Assembly (NCBI GenBank): GCA_008632985.1
Contig: QPGO01000008.1
Span: 786,979-850,978, forward strand
Origin: Psammoneis japonica
Lineage: Eukaryota
Length of the DNA stretch: 64,000 nt
Direction of reading: 5' to 3'
Part shown: piece by piece, positions 63,322 to 64,000 of the stretch
Layout of the letters: the number at the start of each line of letters is the position of its first letter
How positions within the stretch are numbered: the first letter of the stretch is position 1
Program-made: the position numbers and the translations under genes
The notes under the pieces: model-generated
Seen by the model: the letters and a program-made list of their open reading frames with translations, nothing else
Databases searched by the model: none
What the model was told of the DNA's origin: nothing

Positions 63322-64000
63322 ATGTGGACAAACAAGTTAGCGCTTTTGATCACAATCGTTAGCGCCCTTTGGTCAGTTTGCTTTGTGTTGTATGGTGGCA
63401 CGCCGGCTGGGAAGAAGGATTTCGCCCAAGTTGCGTCGCACTTTGTCCATGATGTCAAGGGTGGCGTGCCAGTCATAATGCTTACAGTGCCGATATTGAC
63501 AGCTGGCAGTGTCTGTATGCTTTTGCTAGTACGCGAGCAGTTCAATGTTTCTCCTAGACGAGTCCTTCCGCGACAACTTCCTCCTTTGATCCAACGCCTT
63601 GTGCAGAACTATCGATCTGGACAGGGCGATTGGAACTTCAAAAGCTTTGCCATTACATTTATCCTATTGCCTTGCACCATATTCTTATTTGGAAACATAT
63701 ATCGCCATTTGCATGGAAAAGAAATGGATTTGGATGATAAGCTCATGGAAATAAGCAACTCCTTTGCAATTATGGCGCTAATTGCAATGAGTTTTTTCTT
63801 GGTACCCGTTTCTCGGCACAGTCCGATACTTAAGGTTTTGGGATGGGGTGAAGCACATGTTGTTACGTTGCATATTTGGTCGGGACGAATTGTTTTGGTT
63901 GGAATCGTTGCGCACGGAGTCATGCATATGTTTCGCTGGGTGTCCCTTGCAGGCGAATCTCTATGGGTCATGATCTTTCCTCCCACGCAGTGTTATCCAC
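63322..64000 (+). CDS. Ferric reductase-like transmembrane protein, 5' part (runs off the window)
   Basis: Open frame from ATG 63322 (absent from the ORF track because it has no stop in the window): MWTNKLALLITIV...FFLVPVSRHSPILKVLGW...LHIWSGRIVLVGIVAHGVMH with heme-ligand-like His spacing; normal TA content. Confidence 0.8.
   Translation, partial: MWTNKLALLITIVSALWSVCFVLYGGTPAGKKDFAQVASHFVHDVKGGVPVIMLTVPILTAGSVCMLLLVREQFNVSPRRVLPRQLPPLIQRLVQNYRSGQGDWNFKSFAITFILLPCTIFLFGNIYRHLHGKEMDLDDKLMEISNSFAIMALIAMSFFLVPVSRHSPILKVLGWGEAHVVTLHIWSGRIVLVGIVAHGVMHMFRWVSLAGESLWVMIFPPTQCYP

Noticed and set aside
63609..63986. Minus-strand 125-aa ORF
   Set aside because: Antisense shadow of the plus-strand ferric-reductase-like frame

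Overview
Eukaryotic, very probably diatom, genomic DNA (GT-AG introns, an ASAF-type bipartite plastid-targeting signal, CoDi-type Copia elements, HA-domain and tandem DUF179 genes). Ordinary intact genes sit only at the edges: a CENP-S/MHF1-like gene, an Mpv17/PMP22 gene and a RING-H2 gene in 1-4.8 kb, and a ferric-reductase-like gene from 63.3 kb. Between them is a ~57 kb block (about 5.4-63.0 kb) of nested mobile elements and dead gene copies. The mobile elements are a 7.4 kb DNA transposon with exonuclease and Ulp1 domains and an inserted MITE, two Copia LTR retrotransposons and a tyrosine-recombinase relic. The block also holds a 9-bp satellite and pseudogenes of histidine phosphatase, DUF179, dual-specificity phosphatase, JmjC, FKBP and HA-domain proteins. 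The main observation is that TpA dinucleotides are almost absent from this block, converted to TpG or CpA on both strands (Tyr->Cys/His, YVDD->CVDD, GTA->GCA splice donor). Paired LTRs and a duplicated segment at the block edge show the change directly. CpG loss is superimposed in the more decayed parts. This looks like a repeat- or heterochromatin-targeted A:T->G:C hypermutation process, the mirror image of fungal RIP. All domain calls are by eye from motifs; no searches or counts were run, and a base-calling artefact has not been excluded.
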